This document shows, piece after piece, positions 38,101-50,730 of a stretch of DNA of 64,000 nucleotides. Under the pieces are notes generated by a model that was not told where the DNA came from, did not search any database, and was given only the letters and a program-made list of their open reading frames with translations. This DNA is from Tubulanus polymorphus. Taxonomy: Eukaryota > Animalia > Nemertea. Every line of letters begins with the position of its first letter. The stretch's first letter is position 1. The position numbers were made by a program, and so were the translations under genes. The DNA is taken from the NCBI RefSeq assembly GCF_964204645.1, contig NC_134031.1, positions 14,991,807 to 15,055,806 on the forward strand, in the 5' to 3' direction.

Positions 38101-41100
38101 CTGTACTCAGTTGTTTAAAACATTTTTTTTTTTTTGAAAGGATAATTGATGATTATGTATGATTTTAGGGATCATCCGGAATGCCTGGACCTCGAGGCCC
38201 AATAGGGGGCGATGGAGATCTAGTACGTGTCGTAATCATTCATGTTTAAATCTGATTTTTGTTCGTTTGATTGATATATTTGTATGTGATATGTTTTGAT
38301 GGCTATTTCCAGGGAGAGCCCGGTCCGCCCGGACACATTGGTGTACCCGGAGACCAAGGCCCTAGAGGTTTCATCGGGCCCCGTGGTAACTCCGGCCCAT
38401 CAGGCCCACCAGTAAGTTTTACTAAACTATACATTTCACTTGATATAGAAATGAAACTGCTTATATATAATAGAATATGAATTATTTTTAGGGTTTACCA
38501 GGCAAAGAAGGTCCAGCAGGGCAGAAAGGTGAAATAGGCGGAGTAGGACGCGCTGGCTCAGTAGGTTCAGCAGGTGCCCCAGGACCTCGTGGCCCACCCG
38601 GACCGCAAGGACCCCTCGGACCATCAGGGGTTGCTGGACCGATTGGAAAGCCTGGATTACCCGGAGTCCCTGGTGCTGATGGTTCTCCTGTAAGTTATTC
38701 TTATCATTGCACAAATCGGATTAAGATATTTTTCTGCTTATAAATTGATTGGTTAATCATAAACGATGCGTTGTGTATTTCAGGGTCTACCCGGACCTCC
38801 CGGCACTGTCGGTGAGAAAGGAGACTTGGTAAGTAGTGTATTTGACGCTTGGACTCAGTTCTGAATCCAGCCCAAAACTGTTAAACTGCGTTTATTATTT
38901 TATCATCACACCATTATTTTATCATCACACCTGGTAATTAAAGTGAGTTTGTTGTATTTCATAGGGAGTTCATGGCCCGGTTGGAATCACTGGGTATCCC
39001 GGACCAAGAGGATCCAAGGTAAAAACTCAATTCTTCACCGGTATCTATTGGATTTAGAATTTTGTGGAATTAATGATGTTCTATTGTTTCTGTAGGGAGA
39101 TCAAGGAGGTCGTGGTACAGTTGGACTGAAAGGCGAACCTGGACAGCGTGGGCCTCACGGGCGACGTGGTTCCATCGGTTACAAAGGAGATAAAGGTTTA
39201 GCGGGCCCGTCTGGCATCCGCGGAGAGGAAGGACAAGTCGGTCCAAAAGTAAGTTCATCCGTTAAAAATCTGAAAAACAATTCCGTTGAATTTTTGATGA
39301 ATGTTCAAAACATGTGATTTGTTGAATTTAAGGGATCCGTTGGACCTCGCGGGGAGTACGGACCTCAAGGACTCCGTGGACCTAAAGGTGCCCTCGGTAT
39401 TCCTGGTTACCCTGGTTATCCCGGCCCACCAGGAGCTAAAGTAAGTTGTAACACGACTAACGATAAATAACGGAAGTTCTGTGTTTCGCGTGCGTGTTTA
39501 TATTTAGTTGGTTTATATTTTAGGGTAATCGAGGCCACGTTGGTACATTAGGTAGAGATGGAGTAAAGGGAGATGAAGGTCCTCCAGGTCCTGCTGGAGA
39601 CAGAGGTGAACCGGGCCCCAGGGTAAGTCATCCGGAGTCGACGGGATAGTGTTAGCTTCTGTAATTTAACACGGACAAAAATAGTGTTTCGATAACACTG
39701 AAGAAAAGAAATCTTAAGGAACTTAAGATCCGTTAATCCCTGCAAATGTTTTGAACTTTGCACAGTTTCTATGTAGAGAAATATTTGAATGTTAATGATT
39801 TTATTTCAGGGTCTCCGCGGAGAACGTGGCCCTGATGGTCGAGGTGGAAACGTAGGAAAGAAAGGTGATCGCGGCGATCCTGGCCCGCCCGGACCACCCG
39901 GCCCTTCTGGAGTTGCTGGCATACCAGGTCCTGTTGGATTCCAAGGGTCCCCGGGCCCGGCTGTAAGTAGTTCGGCGATGCTAGAAAATATCTCGCTACT
40001 TCTGCTACTATTGATGGTTTGTTTCTTGCGATAATTTCTAGGGTCCTCAAGGTAAAGTTGGCAACCCCGGTTTACCCGGAGAGCGTGGTATGCAGGGTGA
40101 GAGAGGTCTACCCGGTAATGTCGGTCATCCCGGTACTATCGGAGCTGCGGGTCTAAGAGGTGACCCTGGCCCGGCTGGTGAACGAGGCGTACAAGGTGCC
40201 CGAGTAAGTATGCCAATATCGCATCATTATTCTATTTCTTCTTCACTGTGAAAACTTATTTGAATTTGTTAATGTTTTCAAGGGTCCACCAGGTGAGCCT
40301 GGTAGTTCTGGTGATACTGGTCCTGAAGGAAAACAAGGAGAAAAGGGTCCCCCTGGACCACTCGGTCCGCCCGGACCACCTGGACTTATCGGCTACCGAG
40401 GAACCAGAGGCTTACCTGGTCCTGAAGGTATGCCCGGATTTAAGGGTGATGCTGGACCACCGGGACCACCTGGTGCCCGTGGTGAGAAGGGACAGAATGG
40501 TGAACTTGGACCACCTGGACCACGGGGCATGCAAGGACAGCCCGGACCTGTTGGTTACCCTGGAGATGTCGGAGAGAAAGGAGATGCTGTGAGTAAAATT
40601 CTTGGAGAAAAAACATTCAATAAAATATTTCTAATCATTTAAGTGATTTGCTTAATACTATATCATATCATTTTAGGGACCATTTGGGCTGCCCGGACCA
40701 CAAGGACCCAACGGACCGGTTGGCCTCAGAGTAAGTACTATCTGTACAGTCAAAAAGCATATTTTTTGCTTCAAGGTAACAACTACAATAATGCTCTGAA
40801 TATTTCAGGGTCTACCAGGTCCACCAGGCCCAGAAGGACCCACCGGAGATCAAGGCCAAACCGGAAATCCTGGACCAGCTGGAGAACGTGGCCCGAAGGG
40901 AGATACAGGTAACCCTGGTCCAGCAGGTCCGCCCGGACCATCTGGCATTATCGGAGCTCCTGGAACAACTGTAAGTATCAAAAGAAGTATCACCATTATT
41001 GAATACATAAAGCTAGAAATAGTTTTGATTTGTAATTTCTGTATTTGATGATTTTCCAGGGACCTGTAGGTGAACCAGGACCCCCCGGTGAGGCTGGTGT

Positions 41101-44100
41101 CCCAGGACACAAGGGAGATGAAGGACCTCGTGGACTCAACGGTCTGACCGGTGCCCCAGGCCCTCAAGGCTTACCCGGTTCAATCGGAACTCCTGGACCT
41201 AAAGGAGATGTTGGTAAAGTGGTAAGTTGTTGATATCCTTTTAAAATTTTAGTGAAAAGTTTTAAAAGAATTCAAATGTAAATTTAGATTTTTTTTTCAA
41301 ATTCATTTTTAGGGTCTACCAGGAGCACCTGGAAATATTGGTGACCCTGGCCCGGCAGGTATCGTTGGTGATGTAGGTCCTCCAGGAGCCCTTGGGCCTC
41401 CTGGTCGCAACGGTCTGAAAGGAGACGTCGGTGTTCAAGGTCCACCTGGACCACCTGGAAAAGACGGTGAACAGGTAAGATTCACTTCGATCATCGCTCC
41501 TGTCTACCTCAAAATTTACTTATCCTCACTGTCCTCTGTGAGATCTGAAGCAAACATACTGTTTAACTGAGTTGTATTAATTGCATTGATTGTTTTATTT
41601 AGGGCCCAACCGGTCGCCCGGGTGCTAAAGGTGACGAAGGCAAAGCCGGCCCACAGGGAGTATTTGGCCCACGTGGACCACCAGGTATCCGCGGACCGAA
41701 AGGCGAGAATGGTGCCCCAGGTGTGCCCGGACCACAAGGTGCAATCGGTAAAACTGGTCCTAAAGGAGATGTGGGTGTCGCTGGGCGTGATGGAAAGAAA
41801 GGAGATGAAGGCCCGCCCGGACCTCCTGGTGAGGTCGGTATGCCTGGCATTCCTGGACCGCGGGGTAAGAGAGGACCAACCGGACCCACGGGACATCCTG
41901 GAGTAGTTGGAGATATCGGAGAGAAGGGAGAACCCGGTTCTCCGGGTCCAGGGGGACCAGGTGGCCCTGTAGGACAGGTGGGACCGGCCGGTGCCCCTGG
42001 CTCAGTGGGAGCTCCTGGACAGCCTGGACCTGCCGGGCAGGTTGGAGCCCCCGGACCTCCTGGTAAAGCCGGTGAAACTGGTCCAACTGGACACCCCGGA
42101 CCTAAAGGTACCAAAGGACCAGAAGGTCCTAAGGGAGACAAGGTATTTATCATTAACAGACAGATGAACATTTTCTTCTTTCATTTCTGCAGTGGTTCAA
42201 ATATTTGAATCTGATTAATTTCAGGGTCATCGAGGTGATATTGGTGTTATGGGAGTACGTGGCGCCATGGGAACGCGTGGAGACCGAGGACCTCCGGGTC
42301 CTGAAGGTCCACCAGGAACCAAAGGTGAACAAGTAAGTATCTACCATAATCCATTGAAGCATTGGGTGTACATTTTCCCCTCATAACTTCAATACATGTA
42401 TATCTGAAATAATCATTATCTTTGGATTTTAGTAAGATCTATGTTTTTTTGCAAATTTCAGGGTCAAATTGGAGAACCAGGACCTTCTGGAGAACCAGGA
42501 ATGCAAGGTTTACCCGTAAGTTTAGACGGTTATTGAAATATTCTAAGGTAAAATCATGCAGTTTTGAAGTGTAATACGATGTTGATGGTGTATTTTTAGG
42601 GACCTGATGGACCAGTTGGACCTAAGGGTAATGCTGTAAGTATCTAGCTAATTGTGGTTTATATCAATTTTCCTGAAATTTTTGTACTGTATTATAATCA
42701 AAAGTTGCATTTGTTTATCTCAGGGTCAAGATGGACCTCCTGGGCCAATTGGAGCATTAGTAAGTTATTAGTTCATCCCTTCACATCCGAACTGACTTGA
42801 TTCTTCAATTCATTCTTGCAAGTTTGTAAAACTCTTTGATTATATAATTCCAGGGACCCCCAGGACCACCCGGTGACCCACGTGATTTCAAGATATCCGA
42901 TTCGTACCTGGGAGGAGTGAGGAACCGTCGCGCTACCGTTTACCAAGCCGATGAAGCCAGCAGCGGAGACGAGGAGAAGGGAGATACTAGCGAACGAAAA
43001 GTCACAAACAAAGGAAAACTTGTTCCTCTGAGCCAGGTTAGAATTATTCAGCAATGGATAACAAGCTTAACTTAGACTTAATGAAATGAAATGATCTTGT
43101 GTAGCTTTTAGATCTACATATACCTGGGTACTACGCTTAGGCCCACTAAATTCAACAGACTTAATTTGATCTGTGACTGGAAAAGAAATAATCCTACATG
43201 GCTTAGATGGCTTTACTTGATTCTACATGGTTTAAACAGGCTTAACTTGATCTTACATTTAGACAGGCTGAACTTAATCTTCGTTGATTTTAGACTGGAT
43301 ATTTTCTGCACTTAAGAGAGGGAACACTCAGAGTTTGAATTTGAAGTCTCTGATCTACCCACAATATCTATTCCTGAACTTAGATCTATTCATTACTCTG
43401 TAGGTCGTTGATAGTATTTTCACTGATATCGATGAACTCCGAGCTGAAATCGAGAAACTCCAAACTCCAGACGGAACTCGTGAGAATCCGGCTCGCTCGT
43501 GTAAAGATCTATGGCTTTCATTCCCTGATATGCCTGACGGTAAGACTCTACCCTCCACCCAGCTCCACAGTTCTAGGTTTAGAGTCCAATCTATCCAGCA
43601 ACTGTACAACCGAGTCCTGGAGCCCAGCTGTACAGTGTACAAGTCAAAAAGCGGTTTTAAATCAAATCGTTGAAGCAAGTTTTATTGACTGGTATAACAT
43701 TTAACTCGAGGTCTAACTCAGTTCATTTTCAATTGAATTAACCCCTGGATTAAAGGTAATGCTAGATTATAAAACACTACCCCTGGTGTTTAAGTTGTTG
43801 TTATATTCAGCTATAAAACTAAGTTTGTGTTAGACTTATGTAACTGTCCTGTGTCCCGTCAATTTATCAGATAATGGATGTTAAACTGACTGGTATTTGT
43901 AGGTCTTTACTGGATTGATCCCAATCTTGGTTCGATCAAGGATGCAATTCAAGCCTGGTGCAACATGACGGCTAAAGGACAATCGTGTATCCATCCTGAC
44001 AGAAATACTCAAGTCGTAATACCGCGACATTGGCCGAAAGAAACTGCCGCAAAGGGAGATGCTTGGTTCAGTGGGTTCTACGGAGGATTCAAGGTGAGTT

Positions 44101-45565
44101 AAAGAGGGTTCATTTGTATCAGAATTCAATAGGTTTAGTATAAGAAATGAAAGTACCAGGATCCAGTTCCACAGTCACGAGTTTAGGAGTTGAAATTAGT
44201 GCATTTTCAATGAGTTAACTCTATAGAGTCAAATCTCAACTCACAACTGTGAAACTGGGTCCAGTATAGTCCTGGTAGCCGAGGGTCGAATTCATTGGAA
44301 TAGTTTTGGTGAATAACACATAGTTACATACTGGAAGTGGTACTTCATACCTGATTCTACCAAAGTACAGGGAAGGGGGGCGCTGCAGTTGCTCCGAAGT
44401 TGTACCTTGGTTACCCTAGTTGACATAGTTACAATTAAAACTGCATGGTATACATGGATGATAGTTTATCTAAAGTTGCAACTCCAAATGGAACTTTTAA
44501 CAGCAATTGAGCACAGTAGACTTGAGTCTATGGGCAGCTCTTCAGGTGTTAAAGAACCAAAAGGACTTCAGCCTGAGAAATCTCTATTTTATTGGTTTAT
44601 TCAAAGTATTAACGGTTTTGTTTTATTAGATTATTCATCTTTCTCTCTCTGTGTTTCTAGATCAAATATCCGTCAGAAACTCAACTAGCGTTCCTGAAAC
44701 TGCTGAGTACGAGAGCTGAACAGAGGTTCACGTATTTCTGTATGAATGCAGTCGCCTGGTACAATCAAGAGAAAGATGACTATAAACAATCATTGCGTAT
44801 AATGGGAGCGAACGAACACGAGTTCAAGAGAATTAAACAAAGAGATGTGCTCTACGACGGGTGCAGGGTGAGTGTTTTACTGTCTGGGGGAGGGAAGGGC
44901 TGTGCTCTACAATGGGTGCAGGTTGAATGTTTACTGTCCAGAGGGAGGGCATTCTCATGTATTTATTGTACTGGGAGGGGGGATCTTGCTCTACATGTAT
45001 ATAAAGCCCAATGCACACGGCAAAACATTTGTTTGGCCGAAACAGAAAACACGTTTTTCAGAAAACGTTTTTTTGCTCGTGAAAAACGTTTTTCAGTTAA
45101 TCGTTTTTGTTTTGCCACCCCCGCAAACGGCATGACAAAAAACATCGAAAACGTTTTTTCGGTGCCGTGAGCGTTGGGCTTAACTTGTGTACTGGGGAAA
45201 TCCTGAATACTTGTTCTGGGCCAGTAATTTCCACAGTCCTCCTCAATAATAAGTTTGACTAGATGAATTAAAATCGGTTAATTTTCAATGTTCTCAACGC
45301 CTGCGTCAAATACTGTTTAAATGAATATGGAACTGGTCCCGAGCAACGGACACAGATTTCAACTGTAAAACTGTCAGACTAAATCTCTCGTCTAATCCGG
45401 AATTCTCATATTCATTTTCAGAATCGTATTTCGAATGCGTACACAGTCTTCGAGATCAAGACTAAAAGAGTTGCCCAGTTACCGATCATTGACTTTGCGC
45501 CTCGCGATTACGGACAAACATGGCAGAAATTCGGTTTCGAGATGGGTCCCGTTTGTTTCAGTTAA
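32149..45565 (+). CDS. Fibrillar collagen alpha chain, clade B (type V/XI-like): signal peptide, TSPN, minor helix, 337-triplet major helix, COLFI
   Basis: 34 coding exons. Signal 32149-32326; TSPN 34519-34734, 35156-35372, 36016-36184, 36542-36649; minor helix 36907-37104; telopeptide 37194-37265; helix exons from 37741 to 42880, internal exon lengths all multiples of 9 (36-540 nt); furin site RNRR in 42854-43036; COLFI 43404-43539, 43903-44093, 44661-44867, 45422-45565 ([22 protein letters not shown]). Confidence 0.95.
32759..32890. mobile_element. ~120-130-bp Harbinger-like MITE (GGGGCCAGTTGCTCAAAAGTT TIR)
   Basis: Related copies at about 30766-30889, 31107-31215, 47509-47620, 57614-57700 and 61758-61860. 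Confidence 0.7.
34755..35015 (+). repeat. 25-bp minisatellite (GACCCATGGGTAAGCAGTCCATAGT) in a collagen intron
   Basis: GTAAGC at 34761, 34846, 34871, 34896, 34921, 34996 and 35003. Confidence 0.85.
37412..37690. repeat. Unclassified dispersed repeat; inverted copy at about 61120-61392
   Basis: ACAAACCCACTACACCTGCC..TTTGATTTTGAAAT..GAAGTACAGATATAG..TTCCGGTTCATTCAAACAAT matches the reverse complement in a NOC2L intron. Confidence 0.8.
45005..45180. mobile_element. Harbinger/Tourist-like MITE with TAA TSD
   Basis: TAA|AGCCCAATGCACACGGCA ... TGCCGTGAGCGTTGGGCT|TAA; AAAACGTTTT-rich interior. Confidence 0.78.
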
Positions 45566-47031
45566 CGATGAATGAAACCATCATCGATAGAACGTTTCAA
45601 TCACTGATTTTCGACTCTTCATAGAATTCTGGGCCAAAAAAACTAAGATCTAAAACTACTAGTGCGTGCGTGGAAGTGTGTTTGTAGTGAAATATCATCA
45701 TCCGTTAAAGATTATTCATTTTATATGTACATCTAATTTTCTGCGAAGTTTTAAGTCAATTTATTTTCCGGTTGCCACACGGAGATAACGATATTTTCAC
45801 AACTGTTTTAATTGTCTTTGTTATTTCAAATTGTCCGTCTGTCTGTCTGTCCTGTCTTTGTCTTGTATCTGTGTTAATTCATCATCTCATCAATAAAGTT
45901 CAGGATTTCATCATTTTTTATGGGGTTTTATACGACATTTGCTGAATAAATTATTAATATCTAAAACGTTCTGTATTTTCTCAAGTCTTTTTGGTTTTCT
46001 CTTCAGTTTTAGAGATTGACTGGATGTTGGGTTTCAGTTCCTCTTTCTCTTTTCTTCAAGGTGACTTTCATATTTCCAAGTTGGTTTTGGACACTTCCCC
46101 CCATGATTTGTGGATTGAATTTTGCCATGAGGTAGGCGCTAATGAGGAATCTACAGGCACCAGTTCCACAGTTGTGAAACTCTTAAATTGAAATAGCTCA
46201 TTTCCAATGAGTTTAATCAAATCCAAATCTTAACTCACAACTGTTGAACTGGACTTACTGCAGTAGACATTGCCCACGCCGGAGGATCTAGAGGCTGAGT
46301 TGAGGATCTCTGTGAAAGACAAAGGCTGAAACAGTCCGAGGATATCGCAAGGAATCTTGAAATAATACAATTTGCATAATCAATAATCATTCTATTTACT
46401 GTAGATGAAACAAATGCAATTTCCATTAATAATTGTACAGACATTACTAGGGCAACACAACAATGATTCCTATACTACCGTAAAAGTACATTCGCATTAC
46501 ATGAACAAAATAGAGTAAAAAGTAATCACAATTTTAATTTTTGTTTTTTAGTCATTTTAAGTCATTTTTCAGTAATCAGTTGGTGAAAGATTCAAATGGA
46601 AGATTTTTGAAAAGAAAACAAAACGACTTCAATGAAAGTCATTCATAACAAAAAATAGTCAACATTACAAGAACAGACACGGATTCACAATTACTGGTTC
46701 GAACCCACGGAACCCACCCAATGTATCAGCCTCGGGCACAGATTCACAATTACTGGCTGAATATAGAGTAGAGGGGTGGGTTCGAACCCCCTGTATGCCA
46801 CGCGCACAGTGTACGCATATTTCTTGATCAAGAGGCCCCAAGAATATAATCTACAATCATCACTAAGAATAGATTACAAATATTTTAATGTTTTCAACAT
46901 TTGGTGTTTGTTACTTCGTGAATGTTTAACAGTATGTTTTACTATGTTTCCATGCCTACAAACCATCATATTTGACGATTTTAAAAAACCTTCAGTTTGT
47001 GGGCATGGAAACATAGGAAACACGAAGTTAA

Positions 47032-47323
47032 AGCCCGGCGCACACGGCATAACATTTGTTTCGCCATAACAGAAAATATGTTTTTCAGAAAATGTTTTTC
47101 GTAAAACGTTTTGCCCGCAAACGATAAAACGTTCAACGCATAAGGCATAACGAAAACGTGCAGAATGTTTTCAACTACACAAAACGTTTTTCGCAAATCC
47201 AGCAGAGCTTGAATCATGAAAAACGTTTTTCGGCGTTTTGTGTTTTGACTCCCCCGCACAAGGCATAAAAAAAAAACATGAAAAAACGTTTTTTCCATGA
47301 GGAAAGATTGTGTGCGGCGGGCT
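47032..47323. mobile_element. Harbinger/Tourist-like MITE, relative of 45005-45180
   Basis: TAA|AGCCCGGCGCACAC ... GTGTGCGGCGGGCT|TAA. Confidence 0.78.
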
Positions 47324-48204
47324 TAAACATTCAAATCATGTTGTCAAATGATCTTAGTTTGTTTAGCAACACTTCAACAGGCAGTATAAAACAGATTGAA
47401 AATCAATGTTTACGTTCAGCTGCCTCTATCTGCGCTGGACATTTCAAAACCTCTATCAGGTATTTACTGAGTTATGGTGTCATTTCAAACGAAGTTGAAA
47501 TATACATCGGGGGTCAGTTGCTCAAAAGTTGGGTGGAGTTAACCAGTGGATACGATAGTGACAGTTTAAAAGTTCAATTATCCACCGGTTATCTTAAACC
47601 AACCGCTGAGTAACTGCAGCCACAGGACCCGGTTGCACAGCTGTGGCTTAATCCAAAAGTGGTCTTAAATCTTAAGACTGGTCTCAAATTGTTGCATTGA
47701 CTAATGAAATAAGTTGGTCTTAGACTGGTCTTGATTGAGTCTAAGCCATGACTATGCAACTGGCCCCTGGTTCCTAGCTATGTAGCTAAGATAAATGTAG
47801 ATAACAAACTCTTGAGTCCGAGTTGTAACAATATATGACAAAATTCCACAATCCAAACTGAAAACGAGTATGAAATATTCCTGTGAGCTGTTATAGGTCA
47901 TTTTGATGTTTTGATTTCATCCATAATCATTGTCTAATAGTCGTCTTTTCATTCGTTTTGTTTAATTCTATTGTACTTGTAGCCTGGAATAGTAAAGACT
48001 TTTACATAGATAAACAAAATACAATCATCAACACAATATCTAACATACCTGACAACTACTAACAATACATAGAACCCCCTCTCCCCTTTACTCACTCCCC
48101 TGACCCCCCACCAATATCATCAATGATATGACAATAAAATGATTTTATAATATAAAGTACAGTTTTTAAAGACTGGATTGACGAGATTTGATTCATTTTT
48201 TCTA

Positions 48205-50730
48205 TCAATGATTTTCATTGTTCAGCAGAAGACTAGTAGTAGGTGTTGCTGTGGTAGGTGTTGCAGTACTGGTGTTTATGATATCATCATCATCATGTTG
48301 TTTTAATTCATTTGCAGTAGAATCATTACTAGAGTGACAAGAAGTCACCTCTTCATTCTTCTCTACTCTCTCTTTTACTCCTCCTTCTCTCCCCTCTTCC
48401 ATTCCTTCTTTTTCTTCCACTCTTTCCTCTCCCTCCTTCGACTTTTCCTCTCCCTCCTCCTCCATTATCTCCGCTCTCTCTTCTGTACAGCTCTGATTGA
48501 TTTTAGATGTTATTTGATCGTACTCTTTAACGATATCCTGCAGTACGACCATCGCTCCGGCGCGAATCGGAGACGATCTCCTATCCGTCTGCGCGACCAC
48601 CGGTCTCCTTTCCTTCTGCTGCTCCGTCTGCGCGACAACCGGTCTCCTATCCATCTGCTCCAGTGTCTCCGCGACCACAGGTCTCGTCAGCTGCGTCGTA
48701 ACCTTAGCGATAGCCGCGGCCGCCGCTGCGCGACGATCCTCCGCCGACTGTAACCGCGACGATATGCGTCTGTTGCCGGTATTCGTATCGGCGGTGACCT
48801 CCTCCCCGATCAGCATCTCGATGTATTTATGCATGTCGGGATGTCCGTCGAGGATGTGTTTATTGTGAGTGCGTTTCAAATGCGTGCGAATCGTCGCCTG
48901 CATGAACGCTTTATAATCGCACAGGTTACATTTATACCTCTGAATTCCGAGATGTCGCACGGCGTGATGTCGTAAATTACTCAAAATACCGAAACATCGC
49001 TGACACTTGACGCATTTATTTTGATCGCGGTCGATGATCGTTTCGACTTTACGAATCTGTTCGATCGTCAAACCGTAAATGTCGATCCAAACCCGATCGA
49101 ATTCGTTCCCCGCCACGACAGCGCTCTCATCGCCCGCAACGACGACGGCGGTATCATTGTCTCGTTTCGCGTTTCTAGTCGAATTCGTCGGCGTCGATGT
49201 TTTGAAGTTCGAACAGTTCCCGCGCCAGATGTGTTTACGCAGCGTGTTGCGTTTATCGTAAAGTCGTTCGCAGATCGGACATTTAAACGCTTTCCCTGAA
49301 CCTCGTTGCACGACGATGCATTCGATATTCGAATACAACCGACGTCGCTTGGCGTACAAAGAATCGGCGGTCTCCGCGGCGACCGCTTCCGAATCAGTTT
49401 GTTCTTGTTTCGTCGAATCTTTCGGCGTTTTTTTTTCGGCGTTTCTTTGCGCGTTTCGTTTCAACAGAGTTTTCTTCGCCGGTTTATCGACGGCGCTCTT
49501 CTCTGGTTTTCCTTCGTCGCTCTTCTCTCCTCTTTCCGCTCTTCCCACCTGACTCTTCTCTGCTTTTCCTACTTCGATTTTCTCTTCGCTCTTCGCAGAC
49601 GATGATTTTTTCGCTCTATCCGATGACGATTTGCCGGCCTCGTTTGCCGCCTCGGTTTTTTCGCCTTTCGGAGATTTCGCGCGAGACGCTCGCGGTTTCC
49701 TCGTTTTACAACAATTCGACGACTTCTCCGACGTGACCTCGTCGGACTCCGACTCGGCACCGCTCTCGTCGGTCACCGGCGGCGCGTCGATGTTAACTAC
49801 AAACGATTGTTGTCGGACTGTTTCTCGGATCCGGTCGAAATGAGTAGCCGGTTTGTTATGTTTTTGTTCTAGATGTCGCGAGACGTCGGTCAACGCCGAG
49901 AATTTACACTCGCAATATAAACACGGGTAAATAGTACGACTCCCACAATGCAACAATGAAATATGACTCAACAATAGTTTCTTCGCATTAAACTGCATTC
50001 CACACGTGCGGCAGGAAAGTTCTTTCAGATCGGCTTGTTGCGATAATTTCATCGCTTTCTTCTCAGCCCGTGACTTATTTCCGTTTTCCGTATTATCGCC
50101 GCCTGAACGTCTGCTACGTTTAGACGACCTTGAACTCTCCGACGGGGCCGGGTCGTCGAGGTCATCGGTTACGACCGATTGAAACACCGCGTTAGAATTT
50201 CCGTCGATCGGTAGTAACTCGATCTCGACTGCTGAATCGCGATTATCTCGATCTCGTTTTTCTTTCGCGTCCGTAAATATCCGATATTCCGGGGATTTCC
50301 CGTTGTACGTCCCGTTGAGAACTCGCTCCGCGATCGACGCCGGAATCTCTGCGTTCTTCGAGACGCGTTTACGTAATTTACTCTCCGTCGAATCCGGATT
50401 CGTCGGTTCGAGAATTAACGTTTCCGTCGGCGACGACGACGCGGCGGCCATCTTAGGTTCGGTTCGATCGCGGTTGTCGTCATGGTTACTATTATTCGAA
50501 TTGCTGCGACAATAAACGCGCTTATGCGCGATTAAATTCGGCAATGATCGAAATAAACCGCGACACGAGCGACATTCGAGGATCACGTTGACGTCCCTCG
50601 CGAGGTAACCTCGTACCTCATCCGTCGCGGTGACAGCGCATTCTAGATAGTCAATCATACTGCGTACGCTAGTGTCGACCGGGCAACGCAACAATGAATA
50701 ATCATCGACACAGCCCCCATCCGTCGCCAT
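48205..50730 (-). CDS. ZNF800: Zinc finger protein 800-like C2H2 protein, single coding exon, 841 aa
   Basis: N-terminal DVNVILECRSCRGLFRSLPNLIAHKRVYC matches the ZNF800 signature; further C2H2 fingers (CRTC, CLYC, CPIC, CVKC, CNLC); acceptor 9 nt before the ATG. Confidence 0.8.
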   Translation of the reverse strand: MATDGGCVDDYSLLRCPVDTSVRSMIDYLECAVTATDEVRGYLARDVNVILECRSCRGLFRSLPNLIAHKRVYCRSNSNNSNHDDNRDRTEPKMAAASSSPTETLILEPTNPDSTESKLRKRVSKNAEIPASIAERVLNGTYNGKSPEYRIFTDAKEKRDRDNRDSAVEIELLPIDGNSNAVFQSVVTDDLDDPAPSESSRSSKRSRRSGGDNTENGNKSRAEKKAMKLSQQADLKELSCRTCGMQFNAKKLLLSHISLLHCGSRTIYPCLYCECKFSALTDVSRHLEQKHNKPATHFDRIRETVRQQSFVVNIDAPPVTDESGAESESDEVTSEKSSNCCKTRKPRASRAKSPKGEKTEAANEAGKSSSDRAKKSSSAKSEEKIEVGKAEKSQVGRAERGEKSDEGKPEKSAVDKPAKKTLLKRNAQRNAEKKTPKDSTKQEQTDSEAVAAETADSLYAKRRRLYSNIECIVVQRGSGKAFKCPICERLYDKRNTLRKHIWRGNCSNFKTSTPTNSTRNAKRDNDTAVVVAGDESAVVAGNEFDRVWIDIYGLTIEQIRKVETIIDRDQNKCVKCQRCFGILSNLRHHAVRHLGIQRYKCNLCDYKAFMQATIRTHLKRTHNKHILDGHPDMHKYIEMLIGEEVTADTNTGNRRISSRLQSAEDRRAAAAAAIAKVTTQLTRPVVAETLEQMDRRPVVAQTEQQKERRPVVAQTDRRSSPIRAGAMVVLQDIVKEYDQITSKINQSCTEERAEIMEEEGEEKSKEGEERVEEKEGMEEGREGGVKERVEKNEEVTSCHSSNDSTANELKQHDDDDIINTSTATPTTATPTTSLLLNNENH

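Noticed and set aside
41599-42171. Minus-strand collagen-like ORF (190 aa)
   Set aside because: Antisense shadow of the real collagen exon; Gly (GGN) and Pro (CCN) codons are complementary.
45830-45842. TCCGTC in the collagen 3' UTR as a miR-184 target site
   Set aside because: Only an offset 6-mer, not the full TCCGTCC seed match; expected by chance.
48334-50515. Several plus-strand ORFs overlapping ZNF800
   Set aside because: Antisense shadows of a long, comparatively GC-rich coding exon.
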